Of a stretch of DNA of 64,000 nt, positions 55,327 through 64,000 are shown one piece after another. Each line of letters starts with the position of its first letter. The stretch's first letter is position 1. This stretch comes from an uncultured Candidatus Saccharibacteria bacterium. Lineage in GTDB: Bacteria > Patescibacteriota > Saccharimonadia > Saccharimonadales > JAGQNJ01. The position numbers and the translations under genes were made by a program. Location of the stretch: assembly GCA_964426845.1 (NCBI GenBank), contig CAYRSA010000001.1, positions 107,237-171,236 of the forward strand, written 5' to 3'. The notes below the pieces were generated by a model. That model saw only the letters and a program-made list of their open reading frames with translations. It was not told the DNA's origin and did not search any database.

Positions 55327-55533
55327 ATGGTAGATTTATTTGAATTTGATCACACAGCAAGTCAAGATCAACCAAGTGTTGAACACTTGATTGCAGAAGA
55401 GTCCGTATCCATTAATTGGTTAAGTGACTCTATCGAGGCTGATCCGGTTGCATCCACCGTTGCAGTCGCTGGCCTGTGCTTGGGTGCTGTCGCTGCAGTC
55501 GTGGTTGGCCGAAGAAAATCCCAGTCTCGATAG
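55327..55533 (+). CDS. Small acidic protein with a C-terminal hydrophobic anchor and basic tail
   Basis: 68 aa ending in VAVAGLCLGAVAAVVVGRRKSQSR. The region is AT-rich and a consensus promoter abuts the start. Confidence 0.45.
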   Translation: MVDLFEFDHTASQDQPSVEHLIAEESVSINWLSDSIEADPVASTVAVAGLCLGAVAAVVVGRRKSQSR

Positions 55534-55536
55534 TTA

Positions 55537-55611
55537 TTAGCTCATACTAAGAAGGTGCTTGATTTACTTAATCACATCAGCGATCACCACTTGTGACTTG
55601 ACCATGTAGTC
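55537..55611 (-). pseudogene. Degenerate copy of the 3' end of the receiver gene at 56494-56877
   Basis: 58 of 75 nt match 56494-56568, with the first 12 identical. The minus strand reads DYMVKSQVVIADVIK, a stop, then IKHLLSMS and a stop. Confidence 0.75.
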
Positions 55612-55676
55612 GCCAGCGCAAAGTCCGCCGATTCACTGGCAAAACTACCATGCGCACCGAAGTCTCAGTCGACTAA
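55611..55676 (+). pseudogene. Duplicated 3' end of rpmA
   Basis: 60 of 66 nt match 55209-55274, including the stop codon position (TAG in rpmA, TAA in the copy). It is fused directly to the receiver-gene fragment. Confidence 0.8.
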
Positions 55677-55686
55677 AAGATCTTGG

Positions 55687-56487
55687 CTAACTTGTTGGAG
55701 CACCAATAAACAGTTCCGTATTTGGCTGTGGGTAAAAGTTCGTTCCATTACCGGAACGATCTTCGATGTCTACCCCTATTCGTCGGCCGGATTCTTCAAC
55801 ATGAAGCCGCATAGCTAGGTGCTGGCGAGATAACCCCATATCAGCCGTTTCAGAAATTGGCTTATCATCCAGCAGCTTACTACGACCGATTACCGTTGTT
55901 CCACCTTCTGCGATAGTCATACTAAATCGACTTATGAGATCCTCATCCCCAAGCTCGGCCACCGCCCGCTGAGTCGACGGATCGGCATCGATTTTTGCGA
56001 AGCCCAAATAGCCATTAAAGCCATCCCGGGCAACCTCTAGCTCGGTCAGGTTGGTCACTCTGAGATAATTTACTTCACTGTTGGGGGCTCTTTCAGTGGT
56101 TACTTTAAGCACGGTGTACTGACCGGCAGTAATGTAAGCGAGCGTCGCCCCAGGAGAACCATCAAGTCCCAAGTGAGCATAGATGCCAATGTGACGATCA
56201 AGATGGGGCTTACGTTGACCCCTGCCCGTTGGGAAAGCAGCCTGCTCACTAAGTCCGTGCTTTTCTCTTAATTCTGCAGCTTTGTTGGTTAGCTTTTCTG
56301 TGTCTCTTAAAGCATTGTTTGCCGCGGCTAGGGCGCGACCTTTGAGTTCAGCATAATCTTGGGTGTGTCCATCATTATTATCGACAAGTTTTCTGGCCGC
56401 CTCTACAGTCGCCTCTTCAAGATCTCTACTGCTCGTGGATCCATCTTGATCATCTGCAGAGCTGGGTGGGTGCTGCTCCTTTGTCAT
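55687..56487 (-). CDS. FHA-domain protein with an unknown N-terminal region
   Basis: The C-terminus TTVIGRSKLL...GLSRQHLAMRL...DIEDRSGNGTNF follows the FHA pattern G-R...S-R-x-H...S-x-N-G-T. Confidence 0.75.
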   Translation of the reverse strand: MTKEQHPPSSADDQDGSTSSRDLEEATVEAARKLVDNNDGHTQDYAELKGRALAAANNALRDTEKLTNKAAELREKHGLSEQAAFPTGRGQRKPHLDRHIGIYAHLGLDGSPGATLAYITAGQYTVLKVTTERAPNSEVNYLRVTNLTELEVARDGFNGYLGFAKIDADPSTQRAVAELGDEDLISRFSMTIAEGGTTVIGRSKLLDDKPISETADMGLSRQHLAMRLHVEESGRRIGVDIEDRSGNGTNFYPQPNTELFIGAPTS

Positions 56488-56493
56488 GTCAGA

Positions 56494-56877
56494 TTAGCTC
56501 ATACTGAGGTGGTGTTTGATGCGCTCGACGACGTCGGCGATTACCACTTGAGATTTAACCATGTAGTCATCGGCGCCGAGTTTCTCGGCTTTTTCTTTAT
56601 CAGATTCTTGTGACAGAGCCGTCAGCATAACGACTTTGACATTAGCAGTTTCGGGCGTATTGCGTAAGATATCCAAGACATCAAAGCCGCTGACTTTAGG
56701 CATCATGACATCCAGAACAATTAGGTCCGGTTTGAACTCTATAGCTGCCGCTAGGGCGTCTTCCCCGTTGGGCACCCGACGGACTGAAAAGCCCTCGGTT
56801 TCCAGGCGCATTTTATAAACATTGGCCAAGCCGTCGTCATCTTCAACAAGCAGTATTTTTTTCTGTGGTTCGCTCAT
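56494..56877 (-). CDS. Response regulator, receiver domain only (paralog of the receiver part of 15166-16305)
   Basis: ILLVEDDDGLANVY...DLIVLDVMMPKVSGFDVLDILRNTPET...GADDYMVKSQV in 127 aa. Confidence 0.9.
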   Translation of the reverse strand: MSEPQKKILLVEDDDGLANVYKMRLETEGFSVRRVPNGEDALAAAIEFKPDLIVLDVMMPKVSGFDVLDILRNTPETANVKVVMLTALSQESDKEKAEKLGADDYMVKSQVVIADVVERIKHHLSMS

Positions 56878-56896
56878 GCTTAACCTTGACTATAAG

Positions 56897-58516
56897 TTAT
56901 TTTCGCTTAGTCTTCAAGTGTTTAACAAAGCCGTCAAACAGCGGATGCGGCCGATTTGGTCGAGACTTGAACTCTGGGTGAAATTGGCTAGCAATAAAGA
57001 ACGGGTGGTTCTGGCCTTCTATAACCTCCACCAGGTTACCGTCTGGCGATTGACCGCTGACCCTTAGGCCCCAAGCCTCATAACGATCACGGTAATTATT
57101 ATTGCATTCATAACGGTGCCGATGACGCTCATTTATTTCCTTAGCTTTATAGAGCCTGGAGGCCAAGCTGCCCTTGGCCAATACACACGGATAGTCGCCT
57201 AGACGCATTGTGCCACCGGTATTTTCTTTGCCCTTTTGATCGCTCATGGTGTGAATAACCGGGTCTTGAGGAGCGGCGTCCAGTTCGACAGAGTTGGCCC
57301 CGCTGAGACCACCGTTGCGAGCCGCCGCCACGACCGCCACCTGAAGGCCCAGGCACAGCCCCAAGTAAGGCATTTTGTTCTTCAAGGCATAACGGGCGGC
57401 AATAATCTTGCCTTCTACACCTCTTGTTCCGAAGCCACCCGGCACCACAATGCCGTCGACATCGCGCAAAACTTTCAGAGCCTGTTTGTCGCCGGCCTCC
57501 AGTTCGGTGGCTTCAATCCACTTAATCTTAACCTTAGTGTTATTCCAACTGCCGGCTGCGTACAAAGCTTCGAAAACCGACATGTAAGTATCGGTATTAT
57601 CCATATACTTGGCGACCACTCCGACGGTTACTGTTCGGTCGTAATCGGTCGTAGCCCGACGAACGACATCACGCCAGGACTTAAGATCTGGCCGCTTGCC
57701 TTTTAGCCCTAATCGGTTAGTCAAAACATTAGCGATGCCAGTATCTTCTAGGGTCAGGGGTACTTGATAAATACTGCTAGCGTTGGGCAGCAGAGCTATG
57801 GCTTCAGGCGCCACACCGGAAAACAGACTTAACTTTTCTTTGACCTTGGGATTAGCCGGGTCTTCACTGCGAGCTACCAAAATGTCTGGGCTGATACCCA
57901 AGCCTCTTAGTTCCCTGACCGAGTTTTGAGCCGGCTTGGTCTTTGTCTCTTGGCTAGCGCCTAGAAACGGCAAATAGACCACGTGGACATAAGCGCAGTT
58001 TTCACGACCGACAGCAATTCCAAGTTCGCGGATAGCTTCGATGAAACTCAGGGACTCGTAGTCGCCAACCGTGCCGCCAATTTCCACAATGTGGACATCG
58101 TAGCCTTCGGCTGCCTGCTGAATAAAGTTTTGAATGGCCCCTGTAAAGTGCGGGATGATCTGGACGTCATCGCCTTCGTACTTGCCAGCCCGCTCGTCGT
58201 TAATAACCTTGAGTAAAACCCGGCCGCTCATCAGCGAACTACTCGACACCAACTCTTGATCTAGGAAACGTTCGTAATGACCTAGGTCCAAATCGGTCTC
58301 GGCGCCGTCTTTAGTAACAAAGCACTCGCCGTGCTCCCTAGGATTAAGCATGCCAGCGTCAACGTTCAAGTAAGGGTCGCACTTTTGGATGTTGACCTTG
58401 AGTCCGCGGGCCTTAAGTAGATTTCCAATGGAGGCGGCGGTGATGCCCTTACCGAGTCCTGATAAGACTCCGCCTGTCACAAAAATATACTTAGTTCGCC
58501 GCTTGGTTAGCGCCAC
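56897..58516 (-). CDS. pyrG: CTP synthase
   Basis: It has the N-terminus KYIFVTGGVLSGLGKGITAASIG and the glutaminase motifs GLCLGLQ and HRHRYE. Confidence 0.97.
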   Translation of the reverse strand: MALTKRRTKYIFVTGGVLSGLGKGITAASIGNLLKARGLKVNIQKCDPYLNVDAGMLNPREHGECFVTKDGAETDLDLGHYERFLDQELVSSSSLMSGRVLLKVINDERAGKYEGDDVQIIPHFTGAIQNFIQQAAEGYDVHIVEIGGTVGDYESLSFIEAIRELGIAVGRENCAYVHVVYLPFLGASQETKTKPAQNSVRELRGLGISPDILVARSEDPANPKVKEKLSLFSGVAPEAIALLPNASSIYQVPLTLEDTGIANVLTNRLGLKGKRPDLKSWRDVVRRATTDYDRTVTVGVVAKYMDNTDTYMSVFEALYAAGSWNNTKVKIKWIEATELEAGDKQALKVLRDVDGIVVPGGFGTRGVEGKIIAARYALKNKMPYLGLCLGLQVAVVAAARNGGLSGANSVELDAAPQDPVIHTMSDQKGKENTGGTMRLGDYPCVLAKGSLASRLYKAKEINERHRHRYECNNNYRDRYEAWGLRVSGQSPDGNLVEVIEGQNHPFFIASQFHPEFKSRPNRPHPLFDGFVKHLKTKRK

Positions 58517-58584
58517 TGGCTGCCCTCGTTTACGTTTAACAGGTTATATCTTACGCCAATGCCAGGTTCTACGCAATGTAATTA

Positions 58585-59805
58585 TTACTGTAGTTCTTGG
58601 GTAGCGGCATCTTTTTGCGGATCGCGGCCGGCTTTAACATCGTCGACTGTACGGTCGACTTTTTGATCGGGCGCGATGCCCTCTTTATCAATGTTCTGGC
58701 CTTCGGGCGTATACCAACGAGCGATAGTCACCTTCAGCACACCGCCATGTGTCAGCGGAATTAGGTTCTGGACGCTACCCTTGCCATAGCTGTTAACGCC
58801 TATCAAAGTGGCCACCTTATTATCCTGCAGAGCGCCGGCTAGAATTTCGCTGGCACTGGCGCTGCTCTCGTCAATTAGGACCACTGTAGGCACGCCCTTC
58901 AACAAAGGGTTACCTGTAGCTTCGTAAGACTTGACGACCTTGCCGCCACGCTTTTCGCTAAGGACCGGCGCGCCTTTGGGTAACCACAAGCTGGCAATAT
59001 CCACCGAGCTATCCAGCAATCCGCCGGGGTTGCCCCGGACATCCACCACTACGCCTTTAACCTTCTGATTTTTGAAGTCTCGGGCCGCCTCGGCCGCCAA
59101 GGTTGGCGTTTCCTCTGAGAATGTCGAAATAGTCATATAGCCGATTCCGTCTTTGACTTGCCATTTGACGCTTGGAATGGTGATGCTTTCGCGAACAATT
59201 ATGAAATCTTTTTCGACGCCCTCTTGGATAACCTTAAGCTTAACCTCGGTACCAGACGGGCCACGAATATTGCTGACCGCCTCTGACAGAGTCATGCTAG
59301 CTGTTGGCTTGTCATCAATCGACACAATGATGTCTTTGGCTTGCAAGCCGGCCTTGGCCGCCGGGTAGCCAGCAATCGGCGACACCACCACGATGTTGTC
59401 GCCTTCCTTGCCTAGCTCGGCACCTATACCGCTAAAAGTGCCGTTCAAGTCATTACGGAAATCCTGGGCCTGTTCTTTATTCAAGTATTCCGTATAGGGG
59501 TCACCGGTCGCCTGAGCCAAACCGTTCTTCATGCCATCCAGCAGCTTCTCGACATCCAGCTCGCCATCATAATTATCACGCAGGGCATCATAAACCTCTT
59601 GAACTGAAGCCATATTGAGGTTGGCCGGCAAGGTGCTGTTCTGCGAATCGAGAGTGTTAAAAGCTGAGAAAGTTATCCGTCCAGAGCCAATACCCCAACC
59701 AAATAAGAAGATGGCGCTAGCTCCGACAACTGTCAGTAATACGCGCTTCCACCGCCCAGTCTTGGGCACATCCACCTCTGTATTTCTTACCCTGTCTTTG
59801 TTCAT
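58585..59805 (-). CDS. S41-family C-terminal processing peptidase (PDZ + catalytic domain)
   Basis: GIGAELG...PAAKAGLQAKDIIVSID is the PDZ part. VVDVRGNPGGLL and LIDESSASASEILAGAL form the S41 core. Confidence 0.9.
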   Translation of the reverse strand: MNKDRVRNTEVDVPKTGRWKRVLLTVVGASAIFLFGWGIGSGRITFSAFNTLDSQNSTLPANLNMASVQEVYDALRDNYDGELDVEKLLDGMKNGLAQATGDPYTEYLNKEQAQDFRNDLNGTFSGIGAELGKEGDNIVVVSPIAGYPAAKAGLQAKDIIVSIDDKPTASMTLSEAVSNIRGPSGTEVKLKVIQEGVEKDFIIVRESITIPSVKWQVKDGIGYMTISTFSEETPTLAAEAARDFKNQKVKGVVVDVRGNPGGLLDSSVDIASLWLPKGAPVLSEKRGGKVVKSYEATGNPLLKGVPTVVLIDESSASASEILAGALQDNKVATLIGVNSYGKGSVQNLIPLTHGGVLKVTIARWYTPEGQNIDKEGIAPDQKVDRTVDDVKAGRDPQKDAATQELQ

Positions 59806-59852
59806 ATGCTTAAGGCTAGTATAACACGGGGCCTAGTTCGTCAGTATGATAA

Positions 59853-60617
59853 TTATTGAGCTATTGGATCGGCAAGTTGTTCGATAATCCCATAATTTGG
59901 GCTTTTCATGATGGTGGCATCCTGTTTTTCGGCTGGATAAATATGGCCAGTGTCAAAAATCACTATGTCCGACCCTGCCACTAGTAGATTGCTTCTTGCG
60001 AAGTCAGGCCGCAACCCGTCAGCCATCATCTGTTGATAGCCAACAACCAGAGTGTCTAAGTTAGTGGCAAAATCTGGATCAGCCTGCCGACGAGCCTCTA
60101 TTTCATCTTTACCCAAAGCCGCAAACTGGTCTGCACCATCGACATACCCTTGAATAGCGGCTGGCTTAGCTCCATCACCCCATGGATTATCAACAATAAT
60201 AAATGAAGTTGGCATGACTAAGTCACCGAAGTAATGGCGGTACTTATTGTACATTTCTCGCTTGCGGCGGAGCACCTCTTCCGGGTCTTGCTTCATAGAT
60301 TCTAAATGATAAACAGATACCACATGCTCGGCTTTGTCGTCTGCACTGGTGACTTGGTAAACTACCTTCTCTGCACCATAGCCCAACACACTTACTGACT
60401 CGGTGTTCAGGGGCCACTGCGGAGTCTTCCGTTCATGTCCCCGACTGGCCAGCTTGCCGGCTTTCATTAGAGCCGAGTGCATAGCATGCATCAAGCGAAT
60501 TTTGCCAGGTGTACCAGGTGCGGGTTTTTCAGAGGTACTCGGATGAGTTTTAGAGTTATGCACATCGGCCAGTATAGCCCGGGTTTCGGTGGCGGACTTC
60601 TTTAGTGGTTGATGCAT
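59853..60617 (-). CDS. Hypothetical protein, possibly a small atypical kinase-like fold
   Basis: LGYGAEKVVYQV is Gly-loop-like, DGLRPDFARSNLLV is a D-x4-N-like catalytic loop, and IVIFDTGHIY is DFG-like. This is a weak call made by eye. Confidence 0.45.
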   Translation of the reverse strand: MHQPLKKSATETRAILADVHNSKTHPSTSEKPAPGTPGKIRLMHAMHSALMKAGKLASRGHERKTPQWPLNTESVSVLGYGAEKVVYQVTSADDKAEHVVSVYHLESMKQDPEEVLRRKREMYNKYRHYFGDLVMPTSFIIVDNPWGDGAKPAAIQGYVDGADQFAALGKDEIEARRQADPDFATNLDTLVVGYQQMMADGLRPDFARSNLLVAGSDIVIFDTGHIYPAEKQDATIMKSPNYGIIEQLADPIAQ

Positions 60618-60629
60618 GCCAGTTTCCTG

Positions 60630-61811
60630 CTAGAAACTCAGGAAAGACAAGCCAGACGCACTAATGGTGCTGGTGGCATATTTGCCGGTACCGGCTCGGT
60701 TGTAGTCACTAACAGTGATTGTACCGTTGCCGTGGACGGCTTCGACGTACATGACGTGGCCATAGAATCCGGCGTTACTGACGGCCGCATCGCCGGGTGA
60801 TGGAGTGTTGTCAGCTGGGTAGTTGTTATCCCACTGATTAGCGTTACCTAGGCCGGCTGGAACATATCGTCCCTCTGATCGAATCTTCCAGGAAACATAG
60901 TCAGTACAGTTTCGATAGCCATAGCCACCGGTTTGCGGGTTCCAGATAGAGCCACCGACGGCCCAGTCATAGTTCGGGCAGGCACCTTCAACTTGGCCGG
61001 TATGGATACAAGCCGCAAAGCCCCAAGGATAGCCACCGCCGCCAGTTACTCCGCCACCACCGCCGAATAGGCGCATGTTTTCTAAGGCCTGTTGACGCTG
61101 CAACTCAGCAATCTTCTTGCTGTTGCCTTTTATCTGCGAGTCCAGAGCGTCGCGCTGTCCTTGATTTAGGCCTAATAGCTGGTCTTGTTCGGCCTTTTGA
61201 ACGGCCACTTCATTCTGGTTCTTTTTGTGATCATCCAGTCGACGTTGCAGGGTCTCTCGTTGGCCGCTTAATTGGTGCTTTAACTCGGTAACTTTGTCTA
61301 GGGAACTCTTTATTTTGGCTTGGACGGTATCCCGGTACTGTTGCTTGTCGACAAACTCACTAAGGTCCTGACTGGAAGCCAGCATCTCTAGAGTTGAGAC
61401 ATCGCCTTCGACATACATGGCTCGGATGTTTTGTCCAAGCAGATCACGTTGTTTAGCCAACTCGGCTTCGGCTTTGACGATTTCACCCTCGAGAGCTGTA
61501 ATTTTGGCTTGATTGTCGTTAATTTCCGCTTGCAAAGCGTTGATTTTCGACTGCATGCTGTCAATTTTAGCTTGAAGACTAGTGGCTTCATTAGCTAGTA
61601 CGCTGTTTTGGCCCTGTAGGCCAGAATTCTGCTGGGTTAATTGATTAATCTGTTCCTGTAAGTTAGCGCGTACGCCAGGGACAGTTAGCCCAACTAAAGC
61701 CAAACTCAATAGAACAGCGCTGGCCAGAGCTAGGCGTTTCTTGAGATGCGACCGGTTTTTTGGGCTTGGTTTTTGTTTCATGATACGCTTCAATGCGATC
61801 GTTTTAAACAT
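60630..61811 (-). CDS. PcsB-like peptidoglycan hydrolase: signal/TM, long coiled coil, Gly-rich linker, CHAP domain
   Basis: About 200 aa are heptad-rich. After GGGGGVTGGGGYPWG comes the CHAP region with NCTDYVSW (Cys) and GHVMYVEAV (His). It lies immediately downstream of ftsEX. Confidence 0.85.
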   Translation of the reverse strand: MFKTIALKRIMKQKPSPKNRSHLKKRLALASAVLLSLALVGLTVPGVRANLQEQINQLTQQNSGLQGQNSVLANEATSLQAKIDSMQSKINALQAEINDNQAKITALEGEIVKAEAELAKQRDLLGQNIRAMYVEGDVSTLEMLASSQDLSEFVDKQQYRDTVQAKIKSSLDKVTELKHQLSGQRETLQRRLDDHKKNQNEVAVQKAEQDQLLGLNQGQRDALDSQIKGNSKKIAELQRQQALENMRLFGGGGGVTGGGGYPWGFAACIHTGQVEGACPNYDWAVGGSIWNPQTGGYGYRNCTDYVSWKIRSEGRYVPAGLGNANQWDNNYPADNTPSPGDAAVSNAGFYGHVMYVEAVHGNGTITVSDYNRAGTGKYATSTISASGLSFLSF

Positions 61812-61859
61812 AAGTATTATAGCATACCCTCCTGCACTGTTTCAAGTTGTCGAGATTTG

Positions 61860-62816
61860 TTATTTAGACGATTTGAATTTTAGATAGCGCCGAGTAGCAA
61901 TAATGGAAGAAACGGCACCTATCAGTATACCAATCGTAAGCTGTATGGCAAGTATGGTCCAGAAGTGCTCAGCGAAGTAATCACTGGCGTATTGGATGTC
62001 TAGCAGACCCAAGGTACTGGCGTTAAATGCGTTGCTCTGAACTGAGAAAACAATACTACATAGCAAGACTGAAATGATAGCCGAAATTACCCCGTAAAAG
62101 ACGGTTTCTACCACAAACGGTCCCCGGATGTACCAGGTGCTCGCCCCTAGTAAACGCATGATCGTCAGCTCATCGCGGCGGTTGAAAATAGCCATCCGAA
62201 TAGTATTAAAGATGATCAGCACCGAGATGAGAGCAAAGACTACCACGCCTACTACCCCGGCTCGCCTAATGAAGGTCGTAGCTGTACCGATTTTATCAAT
62301 GGCTTGCTTGCGATCGCCGGAATAGGAAGTCTGTTCGGCTTGCAGGGCTTTAATGTCAGGTTGCTCCAGGAACTGGCGGATAGGCTCAATATTGTCTGGA
62401 TTTACCGGCTTGATCTGTAGACTAGCCGGCAAGGGATTGTCGGTCTGGGAAATGGCCACCAGCAGATCCAAATTATCTTTGTTCTGATTCTTATAGCGAG
62501 CCAGGGCCTCGTCTTTCGAGACGTAAGTCACTGATTTGACGCTGTCGAGCTGCTCGATTTGAATAATAAGATCTTCTCGCTGTTGGTCGTTAGCGCTAAC
62601 CGCGTCCACCAGGTAAACTGATACGTCGATCCTCTCGGTAATCTGGTTGATGGTGTTAGCAAAAGTAGCGTTGGCAATCACCGAAAACAGCACAATACTA
62701 AGCGTGATGACCATGACGGCAATGGCGGCAATAGCCAACCAAGCGTTGCGGAAAAAGTTTACAAAGCCGGTCTTAATCACCCGCTCGAAACTGATCAAAT
62801 CACGTTTCATACTCAT
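61860..62816 (-). CDS. ftsX: Cell division ABC transporter permease-like protein FtsX
   Basis: It has 4 TM helices with a large first extracytoplasmic loop and overlaps ftsE by 4 nt. Confidence 0.88.
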   Translation of the reverse strand: MSMKRDLISFERVIKTGFVNFFRNAWLAIAAIAVMVITLSIVLFSVIANATFANTINQITERIDVSVYLVDAVSANDQQREDLIIQIEQLDSVKSVTYVSKDEALARYKNQNKDNLDLLVAISQTDNPLPASLQIKPVNPDNIEPIRQFLEQPDIKALQAEQTSYSGDRKQAIDKIGTATTFIRRAGVVGVVVFALISVLIIFNTIRMAIFNRRDELTIMRLLGASTWYIRGPFVVETVFYGVISAIISVLLCSIVFSVQSNAFNASTLGLLDIQYASDYFAEHFWTILAIQLTIGILIGAVSSIIATRRYLKFKSSK

Positions 62817-63499
62817 AGCGTACCCGTGTACCTACCCTGAGCTTTATCGCTGACCAACTTGCCATTATCGATAGTAATCACCCGCCGCTTCAACTTATTC
62901 ACAATGTCGCGGTTGTGAGTGGTCAATAGGACTGTGGTGCCATAACGGTTAATTTTCTCCAGGACTTTGATAACGTCCCAAGCGTGTTTGGGGTCCAAGT
63001 TACCGGTCGGCTCATCGGCGATCAAGATCTTGGGTTGCCGAGCAATCGCCCGAGCAATGGCCACTCTTTGCCTCTCTCCGCCGGATAGTTGCCACGGGTA
63101 CTGCTTTTCTTTGCCCTTAAGACCGACGATGGCCAGAACTCTAGGCACGGTGTGGTTAATTTCGCCGTTGCTGGCTCCGACAATTTCCAAAGCGAAGGCC
63201 ACATTTTCAAAAACTGTCTTGTTGGGTAGCAACTTGAAGTCCTGGAAAACCACGCCGATTTTGCGCCGGATTAGAGGTATTTTGCTGTCTTTGAGGTGTT
63301 CGTAATCGATGCCACCAACCACGATTTTACCGCTGTTGGGCCGCTCTTCGCGGGTCAGTAATTTTAGGAAAGTCGACTTGCCGGCCCCACTTGACCCAAC
63401 GATGACAACGAACTCTTTAGGCTCGACATGGAGACTTACTCGGTCCAGGGCAACATTAGTCTTGTTATAAACTTTCGTGACGCGGTCTAATAAAATCAT
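62813..63499 (-). CDS. ftsE: Cell division ATP-binding protein FtsE
   Basis: Walker A is GSSGAGKST, the signature is LSGGERQRVAIARA, and Walker B is ILIADEPTGNLD. Confidence 0.95.
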   Translation of the reverse strand: MILLDRVTKVYNKTNVALDRVSLHVEPKEFVVIVGSSGAGKSTFLKLLTREERPNSGKIVVGGIDYEHLKDSKIPLIRRKIGVVFQDFKLLPNKTVFENVAFALEIVGASNGEINHTVPRVLAIVGLKGKEKQYPWQLSGGERQRVAIARAIARQPKILIADEPTGNLDPKHAWDVIKVLEKINRYGTTVLLTTHNRDIVNKLKRRVITIDNGKLVSDKAQGRYTGTL

Positions 63500-63546
63500 T
63501 CATAACCATTATAACAAACTGAGCAGTGTTCTAAAATTTAAGCTAA

Positions 63547-64000
63547 CTAGACTTCTTCGGCTGTTGCTACGGCCTGAGCTGTAAAGTACATGACCCGACC
63601 ACCAAAGTCTCTGTGCTTATAACCGCCCACACCCCGCCTGACAGTCACTTCTACTTCGTGCATCCAGACACTAGCCTCATCATTGTGAGCCAGTTCCGTT
63701 TCGCGCAACACACCTCTATGCTCGGTTGTTTCGTCTGGCTCAAAAGTAATGCTTAGGGCATCTTTCACCCATGGAGCGAGAGCAACTCTTGTCTGGCCAG
63801 CCTCTATTCGCTGGCGATCTGAGGTGTTCAAGCCTTCTTCGACATCAATGCTCAGTGATTCAGACAGGCGACGGACGAACTCATCACGAACAGCCTCTTC
63901 GGCATCGCTAAAAGCGTCTCGTTGTACTAGAACGCCGGGCAGAAACTGGCTACCCTCTGGGCCCAAATCTAGGTCTTCTTGGTCAGTAAACCCTTTAACC
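63547..64000 (-). CDS. Hypothetical protein, possibly truncated by the right window edge
   Basis: The frame stays open from the stop at 63547 to base 64000. The track start at 63966 is a TTG, so the true start may lie outside the window. Confidence 0.45.
   Translation of the reverse strand, partial: VKGFTDQEDLDLGPEGSQFLPGVLVQRDAFSDAEEAVRDEFVRRLSESLSIDVEEGLNTSDRQRIEAGQTRVALAPWVKDALSITFEPDETTEHRGVLRETELAHNDEASVWMHEVEVTVRRGVGGYKHRDFGGRVMYFTAQAVATAEEV

Noticed and set aside
1-64000. Alternative genetic code (UGA recoded, as in some CPR lineages)
   Set aside because: Full-length conserved proteins (gltX, topA, pyrG, mraY and others) terminate at TGA, TAA or TAG at the expected lengths. ATGA overlaps such as mraY/ftsW and umuD-like/umuC use TGA as a true stop. 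No conserved gene shows in-frame TGA codons.
1-64000. CRISPR arrays, integrases, transposases, IS ends or prophage modules
   Set aside because: None was seen in the ORF translations or intergenic regions. The only non-trivial repeats are the 2 x 45-nt proline repeat and the rpmA/receiver end duplications.

Overview
This is a 64-kb chromosomal segment at roughly 50% GC. It uses the standard genetic code: TGA, TAA and TAG all act as stops, and there are several ATGA/TAATG translationally coupled overlaps. The gene repertoire resembles a reduced-genome Patescibacteria/CPR bacterium, most like Saccharibacteria; this is inferred from gene content only, with no database search. I found no rRNA, CRISPR array, integrase, transposase or prophage.

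Most of the window is housekeeping. It carries gltX, der, pth, dprA, topA, glyQS, recO, xseAB, rpmA and pyrG. It also carries a truncated dcw cluster (mraZ-rsmH-ftsL-ftsI-x-mraY-ftsW-murG-ftsQ) and an ftsEX operon followed by a PcsB-like CHAP hydrolase and an S41 protease. There is a umuD-like/umuC pair, one tRNA-Glu(CUC), three histidine-kinase/receiver pairs (one kinase degenerate) and one orphan receiver. None of the four receivers has an output domain.

Gene orientation flips at about 27 kb. Of the upstream CDS, 21 of 26 are on +, and the next 28 CDS are all on -. The flip falls in a 653-bp gene-free gap that holds a dif-like 28-mer and an array of DnaA-box-like repeats, so I read this as the replication terminus.

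Candidates for something new, none proven:
- A promoter- and terminator-bounded ~350-nt structured non-coding locus upstream of dprA that I could not assign to a known RNA class.
- A 1210-aa cytoplasmic protein whose C-terminus has the ordered motifs of an atypical protein-kinase fold.
- A duplication or insertion scar between rpmA and a receiver gene that brackets a small leaderless ORF and an FHA-domain gene.
- A WhiB-like Fe-S regulator outside Actinobacteria.
- A UmuD-like protein lacking the Ser-Lys dyad.
- A histidine-kinase homolog with Asp in place of the phospho-accepting His.
- A sigma-region-4 plus HARE-HTH fusion protein.

All functional calls come from motif recognition by eye. 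Start codons of hypothetical genes are approximate.
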